From Chiloscyllium plagiosum (taxonomy: Eukaryota), in contig NC_057718.1 of NCBI RefSeq assembly GCF_004010195.1, positions 91,327,916 through 91,391,915 of the forward strand: a stretch of DNA of 64,000 nt, written 5' to 3'. The translations under genes were made by a program, and so were the position numbers. Below the pieces are notes generated by a model. It saw only the letters and a list, made by a program, of their open reading frames with translations, searched no databases and was not told the DNA's origin. Below are positions 25,940 through 40,144 of this stretch, one piece after another (the first letter of the stretch is position 1; each line of letters starts with the position of its first letter).

Positions 25940-26232
25940 GAAATATAATTGTGTATGGGAGCACACTGGACGCTTACATCACAGTGAATACTATCCTGAC
26001 TTTTGGAATTGATGGCTCTTTCGTACATCTGGTGAAGCCACCTTCGGATTCAGGCAGACGTTGTTTTAACAATCCTGAGATAGAAAGTAAGGTAGAGGAA
26101 GCACTCAGGAAAGCTAATGCTTCTGTGTATTCTAACTGTCTGCTCGCTCAGTATAACAATGGGAAGCTCCATGAACGTATAACCCTTGCAACTTTCACAA
26201 CGGATTCTCGACCATTGAGTCTAAAATGTGTG
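25940..26232 (+). CDS. CFAP61: CFAP61 internal coding exon D (293 nt, phase 1 to 0)
   Basis: tttctccag| ... gtg|gtaagt; (G)NIIVYGSTLDAYITVNTILTFGIDGSFVHLVKPP...TLATFTTDSRPLSLKCV. Confidence 0.95.
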
Positions 26233-26469
26233 GTAAGTTAAATCTTTTTTAAGTGAACAATTCCAATTATCAAAACACTGAGCACTTTTTCACTCAGTCT
26301 GAAATATAAACATGGACAATAAGAGTTTCCATAGATATTTTAAAAAAGTTAACAATTGTGACAATTGTTCGAATCAAAAGTGACTCTGTTGAATTATAAT
26401 AGAAAATAAGGAACACATCCCAAAAGAAATACAGTAAATTAGAAAATGGAAAGGTAGGATGAATTCCAG

Positions 26470-27140
26470 AAAATTGCAATCATCAGGAAAGGGGTACCAA
26501 GTAAATGATTGGAGCTGCAGCCTGACAAGAACTTGGGACCTGATGGACTTCATCGAAAGTCTTAAAAGAAATGACTAGTGAGATAATTGATGTGTTATTT
26601 TCATCTTCCAAAATTCACTAAATTTAGGGAAGTTTCCATTAGTTTGAAAAATAACAAATTCAATTCCATTATTTTAAAAAAAGGGCAAAGACAGAAAGCA
26701 GAAAACTGTAGGCCAGTTAGCTTAACATCTGTCATCAGAAAAACGTTAGGAGCTAGATTAAAGACCATTATATCAGGACACTTTGAAAAGGTTAAAATAA
26801 TTAAGCAGAGTAAACATGGCTTTGTGGAAGGGAAGTTATGTTTGACAAATTTTTGGAGTCCTTTAAAGAAGAAACATTTGCCAAGGGCAAATGTAAACTG
26901 GTAGAAGTACTGCAAGGCACATAAAAGGTTATTATGGAAAATGAAAGCTTATGGTGTAGGGGATAACATATTGGTGTGAAGAGAAACTTAGCTAATTGGA
27001 ATCAGAAAGTAAGAATAGATTTGCTGTTTTCTGATTGGCAAGATGTAGCAAATGATGTGCCACAGAGATCAATACTGGACCTCAACTTTTACAATTTAAA
27101 TGAATGACTTGGATGAAGGGATTGAAACTATGGTTGTTAA
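26470..27140 (+). mobile_element. Old CR1 RT fragment
   Basis: ENCRPVSLTSVIRK...SKHGFVEGKLCLTNF. Confidence 0.85.
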
Positions 27141-27142
27141 AC

Positions 27143-28860
27143 TTGATTGATTGATTTATTGTCACATGTGCCTAAGTACAATATAAAGCTTTGTTTGCGA
27201 GCAGCACACACAGATCATAGTAAGCAAGGACATACAGATTATATGGTGAAAACCCATTGGACAGAATGAGGCATACAGGTTACACCGCACAGGACATGCA
27301 CGAGGCAAGATCACCATTAACAAGATCAATATTATTTGAAGTTAGAGAGTCCATTCATCAGTCTAATAACAGCAGCTGTTCCTGAACCTGCTGGTGCATG
27401 TGTTCAAGCTTCTGTTTCTTCTGCCTGACAGAAGAGGTTGTTGGAGAGCATTACCAGATTGGGATGGGTATTTGATGATGTTGGCAGCCTTTCCACTGCA
27501 ATGAAAGATGTAAATGGAGTCCATGGATGGGAGGTTAGCTTCCATGATGGTCTAAGGTGTACACACAACCATCTGTAGTTTCTTACATTCCTGGGCAGAG
27601 CTATTGCCATACAAGGCTGTTATGCACTTGGACAATATGCTTTCTATGATGTATCTGTAAGTATTGATGAGGATCCTTATGGACATGTCAAGTGTCCTGA
27701 ACTGGCTGAGGAAGAAAAGACATTGTTGTGCCTTTTCAACCATTGTATCTACATTGGAAGTCCAGAACAGGTCATTGGTTATCATGACTCCTAGGAACTT
27801 GATCCTTTCAACCTTCTCAATCTCCACTCTGTTGATGGAGGGGGTTGGGGGATTGCGGGGGAGGGGTGTGTGTGTTCTCCTCCTTTCTTTGTGAAGTCAA
27901 TGATCAGTTCTTTACTTTTGCTGACATTGAGAGAGAGGTTGTTCTCATTGCAGCACATAACCAAGTCTTCTATCTCCTTTCTGTACTCTGACTCATCGTT
28001 GTTTGATATCATCAGCAAACTTGCAGATGGTGTTCATTTAGACTTTGGCTACACAGTCATGGATGTAGAGGGAGCATGACAGGTGGCTGAGAACGCATCC
28101 TAGGGGAGACTGCAGTGTTGAGTGTTATTGTGAAGGATTTACAGTTGTCTATCTTCAGTGATTGCGGTCTATGGCTCAGGAGTCTGGGGATCCAGTTGTA
28201 GAGGTTGGAGCCACGACTACGTCTCAAAGTTTTGAGATCAGTCTGGAGGGAATAATGTATTGAAGGCAGAGCTGTAGTCGATGAGCAGGAGTCTGACGTA
28301 GGCGTCCTTGTTATCCAGATATTCCAGAAATGAGTGCAGGGCTAGGGAAATGTGGACCTGTTACATTGGTAAGCAAATTACAGGGGATCGAGTCAGGCTG
28401 GGAGACTAGAGTTGATGTGGGCCATGACCAGCCTTTCCAAGTTCTTCATGATTATGGAGATCAAAGCCACTGGGTGGTAGTCATTAGGACACGTTGCGAG
28501 TGCTTTCTTAGATACTGGGATGATGGTGGTCTTTTTAAAGCAGGTGGGGACTTTGGCTCGTAGAAGAGAGAGGTTGAAGATGTCAGTGAATACCTCCACC
28601 AGCTGGCCTGCACAAGATCTAAGTGCACGGTCAGGGATTTCTTCTGGGTCCATCACTTTCCTTGGGTTGACACCCAGGAAGATCACTCTAAGGTCTGCAG
28701 TGGTGCTGAAAGCAACGGGTACATCAGGAGCTGTCAGGGCAGGTGACACCGTGCTGCTGGCATTCTGCTCGAACTGAGCGTAGAAAGCATTAAGCGCATC
28801 GGGGAGTGTTAGGTATTTGCCCACTATCTTGCTCTGTTTCATTTTGTATCCCATTATGTT
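27143..28860 (-). mobile_element. Rex1/Babar-clade LINE, decayed RT to 3' tail
   Basis: LPDALNAFYAQFE...VFTDIFNLSL...VPTCFKKTTIIPVSKK...NDYHPVALISIIMK; LNVSKSKELIIDF; tail tgtgacaataaa(tcaa)n on the minus strand. Confidence 0.85.
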
Positions 28861-29789
28861 ATTTAACTTATTTATAATACAAAAATAGATAGGAACATAA
28901 GTTATGAAAAGGACATAAAATGGATATAGGTATGTTAAGTATCTACCTGTCAAACACCTTCAAAATCAGTCATGTGATATAAGGCAAGTGAGTTAGAAGA
29001 CTGCACAAATTTATCTAAATAGGTATAATGTGACTTTTTTTCAGAAACCTAGGTATAATCTGGGTGTGCTTCCAAGTCAAATATTCCAACCTGTAAGATC
29101 TTTTGAAAGCACAAGGAAGCTGGTAAAGGAGAATAAATAGCAATATTTATAAAATGCACCATTGCAATTCTAAAAATAATGATAAGATTAATAAGACAGC
29201 AGATTTTTAATTGGTAGATTTAAGAGACAAAAAAAGAATGTAAGGCTTTATTAGATGTTGTCTTCAGATCTCTTGATGTTAGTGATGTAGAAGAATGATA
29301 TATAAACATGGAGACCAGGAAAGCATATAATAAGTGGTTACTAACAGAATGTCTTAATTTTTACAATAACTGCAAGATAGTAACTTAGCAATGGCATCGG
29401 ATTTTCAAAATACATTTGGGACTTTTCTAAAGCAATATATTTTAGAGCCGACAAAAAGCAGGCCAGGCTTAATATAGTGATAAGTAATGAACCAGAATTA
29501 GTTAACAATCTAATCAGAATGGAACACTTTACAAATAATGATTACATTATAATTGTACACATTATTAGATTTGAGGAGGAGAGACAGAAGCAACCATGGT
29601 TTTCAACGTAGGGAAGGCAAATACTGAAGGGAGAGAAATGAATGGACAGTAATGACTTGGAAATTCCAAGAAGTGGCAATTAGATTGCCCTTTTTCCATT
29701 TTCTGTCTCTTGACCCACCTGCACTTTCCTGCCAGTCAAGAGCTTTGTTCCATTCTACGTAAAATGGCAGTTAAGTTGAACAGAATGTT

Positions 29790-31110
29790 GATATTAAACA
29801 GCATGCACTTCCTTATCAGATCATCCAATGTACTGGAAGTGGATATTAGCATTCATGATACTCTTCTTGGAGATGGTCTCTGACAGATGCAATGGATCCA
29901 CTACAACCAACCGACTTCCAGTTACCTTGACTATAAATCCTCAGACCTTGCTTCCTATAAATACTCTATTCCATTCTTACAGTTCCTCATCTGTTCCGAA
30001 GATGGCTGCCTCCAAAATGTCCACCTTCTTCCTCAACTGAGGATTCTCCACCATCATGGTTGACAGGGCCCTCAGCTGCACTTCAACCATTACCCCCTCT
30101 CTTCCCTCCCACAACAGCAACAGCACTCCCACCAATATATACATCCAGTGGATCATTAGCCACCATTTCTGCCACCTCCAGTGGAATACTACCACCAACA
30201 TATATTCCCATTCCCTGTCAGCCTTCTGCAGGGACTGTTCCTTCTGGGACACCTTGACCCACTCCTCCTCCACTTCTAACATTTCCCCACTTCCCCACAT
30301 CGCCTTCCCATACAATCACAGAAGGAATAACACCTGCTTGTTTCTTTCCTCCTGCCTCATTATCCAAGACCCCAGGTGAAGCAATGATTTATCTGCATTT
30401 CACTCAATCTAATCTACTGTACTCGCTGCTCTTAATATGTTCTCCTGCACACTGGAGAGGTGAAACACAGATTGGGCAACCACTTTGCAGAACACCTACA
30501 TTCTGTTCACAAAAATGACCCTGAGCTTCCAATTCTCTGCCATTTCAATACATCAGTGTGTTCCCTAGCCAACATTTCTGTCTCAGGCTTGCTGTAGTGC
30601 TCCAGCAAAGGTCAAGCGGGTAACCTGGAAGAACAACACCTCATTTCTCGCTTGGGAATCCTGCAGCCTTCTAGACTCAGAATGCTTAGAATCATACAAC
30701 ATGGAAACAGACTCAATACAGAGTTCAATAATTTTAGGGCTTGAGCACCTTCTACCATGTCCTTATCCCAACCCCCATACACCCCTTTGTCATCACATGG
30801 GCCACTACCACAAACAACCTATCGTCAGCTACTAACGGTCTCCATCCACAGCTATTCACTCTCCCAGGTCACTGACCTTTACCCATTCCTTTGTCTGCCC
30901 AGTATTTTTTCTCTCTCTCTCAGACTTCCATCTCCACCTGTTGTTTCCTCCTCCTACCCCCAACCCCATCTTTAGCATATATAACCTACCTTTTTCTAGC
31001 TGCAATCAGTTCTGAAGTAGAAGCACTGGACTCAAAAAGTTAAGCCTGCTTTCCATCCACAGATGCTGCCAGACCTGCTGAGTTTTTCCAGCTTTTCTGT
31101 TTTTGTTGTT
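29790..31110 (+). mobile_element. Penelope-like element, decayed RT C-terminus + GIY-YIG + 3' repeat
   Basis: caatctaatctactgtactcgctgc...actggagaggtgaaacacagattgggcaaccactttgcagaacacc (NLIYC...GE.K.RLG.HFAEH); similar to 50970-52381. Confidence 0.8.
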
Positions 31111-31568
31111 AAGTGGTATGTTGGGTCACTTAAGAGGACAATTAAAAGTCATTCACTTCAATATGTATATTTGTGCTGGTGGAGGTTGCACATGAGTAAT
31201 CTGGTGGTAAATCCTTAGAATGCTCAGCCTCCTCTAAAGATTTCCTGGTATCCTCTCTCATTAGCCCCTCCTTCACCCTTGAAGGATTTCTCAAATATGA
31301 AGAAAACAGAGAATGGTTATTAATTCAGCTTGGTGCATATCATATTTCAGTTATTGCTAACATCAGTTTGGCAAGTGTCTGTTAATTGCCAAGTAGCAAC
31401 ATATTATCTAACATTGCCACCTGGATTCTGGCCATCCCCACCATTTCGTCATAGATGTAGTGTGTATATCCTGTCAGTCTCTGGGCAATTCTTCTCAAAC
31501 GAGGTCAAGGTGACTGCAAGTAAAGAGGTATATCTTTGATTCTCATTTTTTTTTCTCAACTTTTTCAG

Positions 31569-31896
31569 GCTTTCTTTAACTTTGACAAGAAGAAGGTAGA
31601 TGTTGATGCATTCAGTGCCATCAATAAGGCATGCCTCGTCTTTGATGGAAAATTGGTAATTGACTCCACCTTCCATACCAATGATATAACAATCAGAGCT
31701 GCTGGATCATTAACTAAATATTCCCGTCGTTATTATGCCGACCAATGGTCTCATGAAAATTTTAATTCAAAAGAGGTTGGATTTCAGCTGGCTGCACTCA
31801 TGCTGCATCTATTTGACCCGACTCTGGAGAAAATAACTAAGCCACCAGCAGAGTTAGATAAACTTCTCCCTACTTATTCTGGACCTAAAGCCAAAG
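31569..31896 (+). CDS. CFAP61: CFAP61 internal coding exon E (328 nt, phase 0 to 1)
   Basis: tttttcag| ... aaag|gtatgt; AFFNFDKKKVDVDAFSAINKACLVFDGKLVIDSTFHTNDITIRAAGSLTKYSRRYYADQWSHENFNSKEVGFQLAALMLHLFDPTLE..., the most recognisable CFAP61 block. Confidence 0.97.
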
Positions 31897-32009
31897 GTAT
31901 GTGGATGGAATGCATATGAACTTTGCTTCGGTCCTTGACCTCAGTATCAATGTCTGTTATTTACTTCAGGTAGTAAATATAAAAGCAACCCTTGCAAAAC
32001 ATCCACCAG

Positions 32010-32288
32010 CATTCATATGGTGATGCTAGATCTATTATCTAGGTATGAATTTTACCAGAATGTGGCTAGTGTGAACTTTGACAAATTTCTTAGGGTTTTT
32101 CTCTGTGAGCCCGAGCAAGATTTCTCACGTTATTGTCCAAAGCTTGCCTCATTAGACAGGAACACACCTCTAAAGCAGCCTTCTCATCCTATCTTCCACA
32201 GAGCTAGCTAGTCAAAGTCCATATGCTGTGCATGTGTAAATAGAGGGTGGCTTGGTGATGAGATACAAGTCTCCGGTGGTGTTATTTG
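32010..32288 (+). mobile_element. Decayed solo LTR related to the 18400-19164 element
   Basis: catgtgtaaatagagggtggcttggtgatgagatac...gtgttattt aligns by eye to the LTR 3' end at 19108-19164. Confidence 0.5.
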
Positions 32289-32753
32289 CCTCATCCCATC
32301 TTAGAACCCTTTCTAAGGAAGTGCTACTTGCTCCCTAGTGCCCAATGTGCATTAGCAATGCAACCATTGTGCTATACTGTTCCCCAGTGAAGTCAGAATG
32401 ATTGTGACAGTTGACGACCCCACCACTTGCAGTAGCCCATGTCCTGCAATGCACCACTGTCTCCTGTCCCTATAGATTTTTCAGTCTTCACAATTATTGT
32501 CCTCTCTGTATGCCCAATCCTCACAACTGACTTCCCCAACTTCTCTACCATAGCAGTCACCCTGCTAACCCCCACTTTCCTTTCACTGAACTGACCCCAG
32601 AACTGACTGTCGTGCATCTCCTGACTGACTCAGATGGGCATCTGACCAGATTTCCTGATCTGTGCACAGCTCCCCAACAGACTTGGATCCTACCAACACC
32701 ACCCCTGCCACTAACCAGCCGCCACCCCCCCCCCCCCCCCCCACACACACACA

Positions 32754-33278
32754 NNNNNNNNNNNNNNNNNNNNNNNNNNNNNNNNNNNNNNNNNNNNNNN
32801 NNNNNNNNNNNNNNNNNNNNNNNNNNNNNNNNNNNNNNNNNNNNNNNNNNNNNNNNNNNNNNNNNNNNNNNNNNNNNNNNNNNNNNNNNNNNNNNNNNNN
32901 NNNNNNNNNNNNNNNNNNNNNNNNNNNNNNNNNNNNNNNNNNNNNNNNNNNNNNNNNNNNNNNNNNNNNNNNNNNNNNNNNNNNNNNNNNNNNNNNNNNN
33001 NNNNNNNNNNNNNNNNNNNNNNNNNNNNNNNNNNNNNNNNNNNNNNNNNNNNNNNNNNNNNNNNNNNNNNNNNNNNNNNNNNNNNNNNNNNNNNNNNNNN
33101 NNNNNNNNNNNNNNNNNNNNNNNNNNNNNNNNNNNNNNNNNNNNNNNNNNNNNNNNNNNNNNNNNNNNNNNNNNNNNNNNNNNNNNNNNNNNNNNNNNNN
33201 NNNNNNNNNNNNNNNNNNNNNNNNNNNNNNNNNNNNNNNNNNNNNNNNNNNNNNNNNNNNNNNNNNNNNNNNNNNNNN
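32754..33278. other. Assembly gap (others: 2370-2438, 35070-35960, 41707-41972)
   Basis: Runs of N, all in or next to young repeats or microsatellites. Confidence 1.
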
Positions 33279-34985
33279 CACCTCCAATTTTGGTGTCATC
33301 TGCAAACTTACTAACTGTATCTCTTATGCTCGCATCCAAATCATTTATGTATATGACAAAAAGTAGAGGACCCAGCACCGATCCTTGTGGTACTCCACTG
33401 GTCACAGGCCTCCAATCTGAAAAACAACCCTCCACCACCACCCTCTGTCTTCTACCTTTGAGCCAGTTCTTTATCAAAATGGCTAGTTCTCCCTGTATTC
33501 CATGAGATCTAACCTGGCTAATCAGTCTCCCTTGTCGAACACTTTACTGAAGTCCATATAGATCACATCTACTGCTCTGCCCTCGTCAATCTTCTTTGTT
33601 ACTTCTTCAAAAAAGTCTATCAAGTTTGTGAGACATGATTTCCCAAACACAAAGCCACGTTGACTACCCCTAATCAGTCCTTGCCTTTCCAAATACATAA
33701 ACATCCTGTCCCTCAGGATTCCCTCCAACAACTTGCCCACCACTGAGGTCAGGCTCACCAGTCTATAGTTCCCTGGCTTGTCTTTACCATCTTTCTTAAA
33801 CAGTGGCACCACGTTTGCCAACCTCCAGTCTTCCGGTACATCACCTGTGACTATCGATGATACAAATATCTCAGCAAGAGGCCCAGCAATCACTTCTGTA
33901 GCTTCCCACAGAGTTCTCGGATACACCTGATCAGGTCCTGGGGATTTATCCACCTTTAACCGTTTCAAGACATCCAGTACTTCCTCCTCTGTAATATGGA
34001 CATTTTGCAAGATGTAACCATCTATTTCCCTACAGTCTATATCTTCCATATCCTTTTCCACAGTAAATACTGATGCAAAATATTCATTTAGTATCTCCCC
34101 CATTTTCTGTGGCTCCACAAAAGGTCGCCTTGCTGATCTTTGAGGGGCCCTATTCTCTCCCTAGTTACCCTTTTGACCTTAATATGTTTGCAAAAGCCCT
34201 TTGGATTCTCCTTAATTCTATTTGACAATGCTATCTCATGTCCCCTTTTTGCCCTCCTGATTTCCCTCTTAAGTATACACCTACTCCCTTTATACTCTTC
34301 TAAGGATTCATTCGATCTACCCTGTCTATACCTGACATATGCTTCCTTCTTTTTCTTAACCAAACCCTCAATTTCTTTAGTCATTGACCATTCCATATAC
34401 CTACCAGCCTTCCCTTTCACCCTGACAAGAATATACGTTCTCTGGATTCTTGTTATGACATTTCTGAAGGCCTCCCATTTTCCAGCTGTCCCTTTACCTG
34501 CAAACATCTGCCTCCAATTAGCTTTCGAAAGTTCTTGCCTAATACCGTCAAAATTGGCCTTTCTCCAATTTAGAACTTTAACTTTTAGATCTGGTCTATC
34601 CTTTTCCATCACGATTTTAAAACGACTAGAATTATGGTCACTGGCCCCAAAGTGCTCCCCCACTGACGCCTTAGTCACCGGCCCTGCCTTATTTTCCAAG
34701 AGTAGATCAAGTTTTGCACTTTCTCTAGTAGGTCCATCCACATACTGAATCAGAAAATTGTCTTGTACGCACTTAAGAAATTCCTCTCCATCTATACCTT
34801 TAATGTTATGGCAGTCCCAGTCTATGTTTGGAAAGTTAAAATCCCCTGCCATAACTACCCTATTATTCTTACAGATAGCTGAGATCTCCTTACAAGTTTG
34901 TTTCCCAATTTCCCTCTGACTATTAGAGAGTCTATAATACAATCCCAATAAGGTGATCATCCCTTTCTTATTTCTCAGTTCCACT
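33279..34985 (-). mobile_element. Young CR1/HER1-like LINE ORF2 (endonuclease end + RT), runs into a gap
   Basis: [48 protein letters not shown]. Confidence 0.96.
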
Positions 34986-35968
34986 TAAATAATATGGGGA
35001 GAAAGTGAGTTCTGCAGATGCTGGAGATCAAAGTTGAAACTTTATTGCTGGAACAGCACAGCAGGTCAGNNNNNNNNNNNNNNNNNNNNNNNNNNNNNNN
35101 NNNNNNNNNNNNNNNNNNNNNNNNNNNNNNNNNNNNNNNNNNNNNNNNNNNNNNNNNNNNNNNNNNNNNNNNNNNNNNNNNNNNNNNNNNNNNNNNNNNN
35201 NNNNNNNNNNNNNNNNNNNNNNNNNNNNNNNNNNNNNNNNNNNNNNNNNNNNNNNNNNNNNNNNNNNNNNNNNNNNNNNNNNNNNNNNNNNNNNNNNNNN
35301 NNNNNNNNNNNNNNNNNNNNNNNNNNNNNNNNNNNNNNNNNNNNNNNNNNNNNNNNNNNNNNNNNNNNNNNNNNNNNNNNNNNNNNNNNNNNNNNNNNNN
35401 NNNNNNNNNNNNNNNNNNNNNNNNNNNNNNNNNNNNNNNNNNNNNNNNNNNNNNNNNNNNNNNNNNNNNNNNNNNNNNNNNNNNNNNNNNNNNNNNNNNN
35501 NNNNNNNNNNNNNNNNNNNNNNNNNNNNNNNNNNNNNNNNNNNNNNNNNNNNNNNNNNNNNNNNNNNNNNNNNNNNNNNNNNNNNNNNNNNNNNNNNNNN
35601 NNNNNNNNNNNNNNNNNNNNNNNNNNNNNNNNNNNNNNNNNNNNNNNNNNNNNNNNNNNNNNNNNNNNNNNNNNNNNNNNNNNNNNNNNNNNNNNNNNNN
35701 NNNNNNNNNNNNNNNNNNNNNNNNNNNNNNNNNNNNNNNNNNNNNNNNNNNNNNNNNNNNNNNNNNNNNNNNNNNNNNNNNNNNNNNNNNNNNNNNNNNN
35801 NNNNNNNNNNNNNNNNNNNNNNNNNNNNNNNNNNNNNNNNNNNNNNNNNNNNNNNNNNNNNNNNNNNNNNNNNNNNNNNNNNNNNNNNNNNNNNNNNNNN
35901 NNNNNNNNNNNNNNNNNNNNNNNNNNNNNNNNNNNNNNNNNNNNNNNNNNNNNNNNNNNNACATAAAT

Positions 35969-36284
35969 GGGCGGCACGGTGGCACAGTGGTTAGCACTGC
36001 TGCCTCACAGCGCCAGAGACCCGGGTTCAATTCCCGACTCAGGCGACTGACTGTGTGGAGTTTGCACATTCTCCCCGTGTCTGCGTGGGTTTCCTCCGGG
36101 TGCTCCGGTTTACTCCCACAGTCCAAAAGATGTGCAGGTCAGGTGAATTGGCCATGCTAAATTTCCCGTAGTGTTAGGTAAGGGGTAAATGTAGAGGTAT
36201 GGGTGGGTTGCGCTTCGGCGGGGCGGTGTGGACTTGTTGGGCCGAAGGGCCTGTTTCCACACTGTAAGTAATCTAATCTAATCT
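35969..36284 (+). mobile_element. HE1-like V-SINE, young full-length copy
   Basis: CpG-rich; intact A box (tggcacagtgg) and B box (ggttcaattccc); (aatct)n tail. Confidence 0.95.
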
Positions 36285-37684
36285 CAGGCTAATTGAAAGC
36301 TGCAAGTGCTAGAGGAGAATCAGGTGGTTAGGGACTCCAAAGAGGTAGGAGCTGGAACTTTATCTGTGGAATACAGAGTTTGTGCCTGAATGTGATGTCA
36401 TATGTGCTAGTAATTCCATGAGTTTATTTTTTCTTGTTTTGGCTAATGCATAATTTATGGTTTCTATTAAATACAGTTTTTTTCATTAATTCTTGTTTAT
36501 TTTATGTTTACTTTGTTTGAACTGTTAAAGTAAAAATTATAAAAAGTGAAATTTTGTCCATCAGTTTTTCCCATTGGTATTGTTTGGTAAGTTCAGTTCT
36601 TTCAATTTATTATTCTCCATGGGATAACATTAATCATAAAGTAATTTACTTAAGAATATTTTGAACTAGAATTTGGTACCTTATCAGCTGAGAGAAATTC
36701 CAAGAATTACAAAGGTTATGAAGATAAGACAACTTCCTGATTTAACTCAACCAATTGACAAACACCTATAGCAGAATATGGGAAAAAATTAGTGACAGAA
36801 TTTTTTTCAGTGCCAGATCACTATATTTTGATCCTGAATGCTACTTTTCTTGTGTTTTTCCTTAGTAATTGCACTAATGAGAGGGAATATTGCAAAATTG
36901 ATTATTGTAATAGTTGCTACAGATAGAGGAAAAGAGCACTGCCAGTTAAATCCTTGCATCAGTTTGAAAATCTAACCATGACCTGCACTGTAGTAAATAA
37001 AATCTTTGCTTCAAACTAATCTTTAATCACGACAATAGTTCACACTTCAAGGTATTAGCTGGAAATGCATAACTTGTGCCTGTAGTTCTCTGTGAACATG
37101 CTACATCTGGTCATCTCAGCCAATATAACACCTCATTAATATCCCATTCCAGTCACTCAGGCTTATCTTTTACATACTCAGCATCGTCAAATAGGATATT
37201 AGACTAAAACTGGTATAGCATTTGCTAAATCTACTGGTTCAGAATTCAAATTGGTGCACTTCAGCTCTTGTTAAAAAGAAAAGTGAAATGTTTTGATGTT
37301 ATAACAAGTGTAATGTAATTAATGTGGTGCATTGATTTCAGGGTGCCTTAGTTCATTTTTTATACGTGAACACTGAAACATTAAAATTGCATCGGGCCTT
37401 CTTAGGCCAGTCAGTTAAAAGATGAACACACAGAGTTCTATTGTATAGAGAGTAAATCATGGGCTGGCAACATAATTTAGGCCAATTCACTCCCTTTGCC
37501 TCCATAGAAATTTACCACTAATCCCATAACCAATGGTATAACAAGGTCTTAATTTCTTTAGTAGTAGAAGAAGCGACCAATATCTTCTAACATTTGATGC
37601 CTAATTTGTACTACCCTCAACAAGTGAAAGAAATCTATAAAATTATTTTAAATATTAAATTTTACTCTACTTAGTACTTTTAAG

Positions 37685-40000
37685 GTGAAATTTTCTCAGC
37701 TCCTGGTATGGTATTTGCAAGAATATTGGGAAAAAAGGGTGAGATTGACAGTAAGGCGATTCTCAATACTGAGAGCAAAAAAATCCATTGGCCAGATAGG
37801 AATCTCACGAGTAAGAGGCCTATTTGCATCCATGTGCATGGATTAACATGTAATTATTAGTTAATCTCACATAATTTATAAGCAGTTTCCCATTCTCCCA
37901 CCAGCCAGATAGAAACTAGACAGAGAGAATTTGTATACCCAGTGAATCCAGCCTGCTTATCAGGTTCTCCATCATGGACAGTAGTCACCAAGATTTAAGG
38001 GTGTGCGCCATGGGCACACTCCAAGATCCTTAGCCAACACCCCAACCCTCGAGTGCTTTTCGATCCACTTACATTACAGTTCTGCACCTCAATGCTGCAT
38101 TTGGAATACACAGGTGCTTTTCATTGGAATGCTGCTGCTAGGACACTTTGTGTATGGGGGACAAGTGTCCAACTCTTGGACTGAACCAGTGTGCAACTTA
38201 GGCATTCTCACTTGCACTCTTAGTGCTCACATTCTTTACAGTCCTACAAACCTACCTTTTCCTGCTTTGTCTTTTTGCAGTTTGCCCCATCAGCCAGAGC
38301 TTAATGATTTACAGTACTCAGTGTCCACTTGCATTTTAGCACAGATACATGATCAGACAGCTTGTCAGGCTTGCCAACTGTAATCATTCAAGAAGTTTGA
38401 CATGTTGCTATCAATATCAAAATCAAACCCGCACATACACAGCAAGCATTTGGAATGTGCTTTAACCAAATCGACTTCTCAAAGTCTAAAGCAAGTAGCC
38501 CTATGTTAAGTCAGGAGATCCTAGCACAGCAAGCTAGGATCAGTTCAGAGTTTAGACGCGATCACTTAGCCACTTGGATTGAACAGGATCAGTGTGTCCA
38601 TACACCTACTGTCCAGGGAGTGGTCCATGGTCAGCCCCCTGGATTCCATGCAACTGGTCCAGGGAGTCATGGTAACCCAGTTGATGAGTTGTACTTGAAG
38701 CTGTCAGAGGTCTGATCAGTCATCATTTTGAGGTGTTCACCCAAGTTGGTCAAGGGGGTTGGCGATAGTCAGTCCTGGGTCCCTTCACTAAAAGTCAAGG
38801 GGGGTTATTGGAGAACCGCAGCTGAGGAAGGAAGCTGAGGAACTCAATTGTTGGGATTGGAGGCAGTTTGCTTGCATGTAGAGGGTAAACATTTATGAAT
38901 GAAGGAAACACCAACTTATGTGATAGATATAGATGGAAAGGATAATGCTGTTCAGGAGGCAGCTTCATCAACAGTCAGCACCACCCTAGCTTCAATGGGG
39001 GACAGTGCACTATTATGTCTAGCAGGATGACACGATGTGGCTGATCTCAGGGGGTAATGTGTGGAGGTGAATGGTTAAGTAAATGGATTGTGTGGGAATT
39101 TGGGGAACATCAACTTAATGGATTTTATGGGGAGGGCTACCGAGAAGAGTATTTTGAGGGGTCACATAGACTGAGAGGATGACTGTGGGACTCAACACAT
39201 GAAATGCAACCATCATTCCTTTTCATCGTGATACTAATGATGTGTGTGCAATGGATTTGAAAGTGGCTGACACCACTCCGCATAGCGGTGTGTTTTCATT
39301 CTGTGAGGCAGTGAGTTTCACTTTTCTACAATATAAGGCCTTTCAAAGGGTAGCAGCATTATACAGATACATAACAATTGAAAGACATTTGTGAGCACTA
39401 AATGCTGTATGTGAACTTTAGGCATTTATTTACTGCATGAAGTCTGCATCCTGGCCCTAAACTCTCTTGACCACATCTTGCAAAGTCAAAACTCAACCGT
39501 CACTGTACAAGCATTGTATGGTGATCGAGAAAGATTACCTATTTGCCAAACTAGCAAGCAACCTACAAGGTCCCATAATCTGCACCTGGTGTGGGGATGT
39601 TGAGGGAAAACAGACCTCCTCTGCACCACCCCATCCATCTGGATCTCCAGGTCCCTGTCAGCCAAGTGCGGTGCTAATTTCCCTCTTTCAGCATGTCTGG
39701 GACAATTCACACAAATTGAGTAGGGCAGGTCGAGACTGGTAATAATTGGCCTGGTGCACTACTACATTTCAAATATGATGCTGAAGCTGGGAATCCAGGA
39801 AATTCCCAGTGGTGGTGAGTGCTTCTGCCTGTGGCGAAAGGAAGATATGATGAATAGTTCACCATAAGGACAAGGTGTATAGGTATTGAGGCAAACTTTG
39901 GAAATTAGAGTGAGAAATCAGGTGAGGCCTCACAGAGAAAAAACTCTCCATGAAGCTTGACTAAATTAACGCATACTTGATTTCTATAAAAGTCAGCCTG
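37685..40000 (-). mobile_element. Decayed PIF/Harbinger-like DNA transposon relic (Myb/SANT-like ORF remnant)
   Basis: The minus ORF 39486-39710 contains APHLADRDLEIQMDGVVQRRSVFP, resembling the Myb/SANT-like protein of Harbingers; ends are only loosely TIR-like. Confidence 0.45.
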
Positions 40001-40144
40001 TAGTTTTACTTTGGTGTAGTGTTGTAAACTTGTTTAAGAAAGGGTTATTTTACACCTCTGTCATACTAATTTGAGTCAGATATTCATCAAGGCTTTGTCA
40101 CAAAATCATTCCTGCAGAATCTTAATAGATCAGTATTAAAAAGC

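Noticed and set aside
35969..36040. tRNA gene
   Set aside because: The A/B boxes belong to the SINE head, followed by the V-domain and LINE-like tail.
34975..36160. Long ORFs (300-383 aa) in the ORF track, also at 32557-33505 and 41703-42056
   Set aside because: Made mostly of X from N-gaps plus SINE/LINE sequence.
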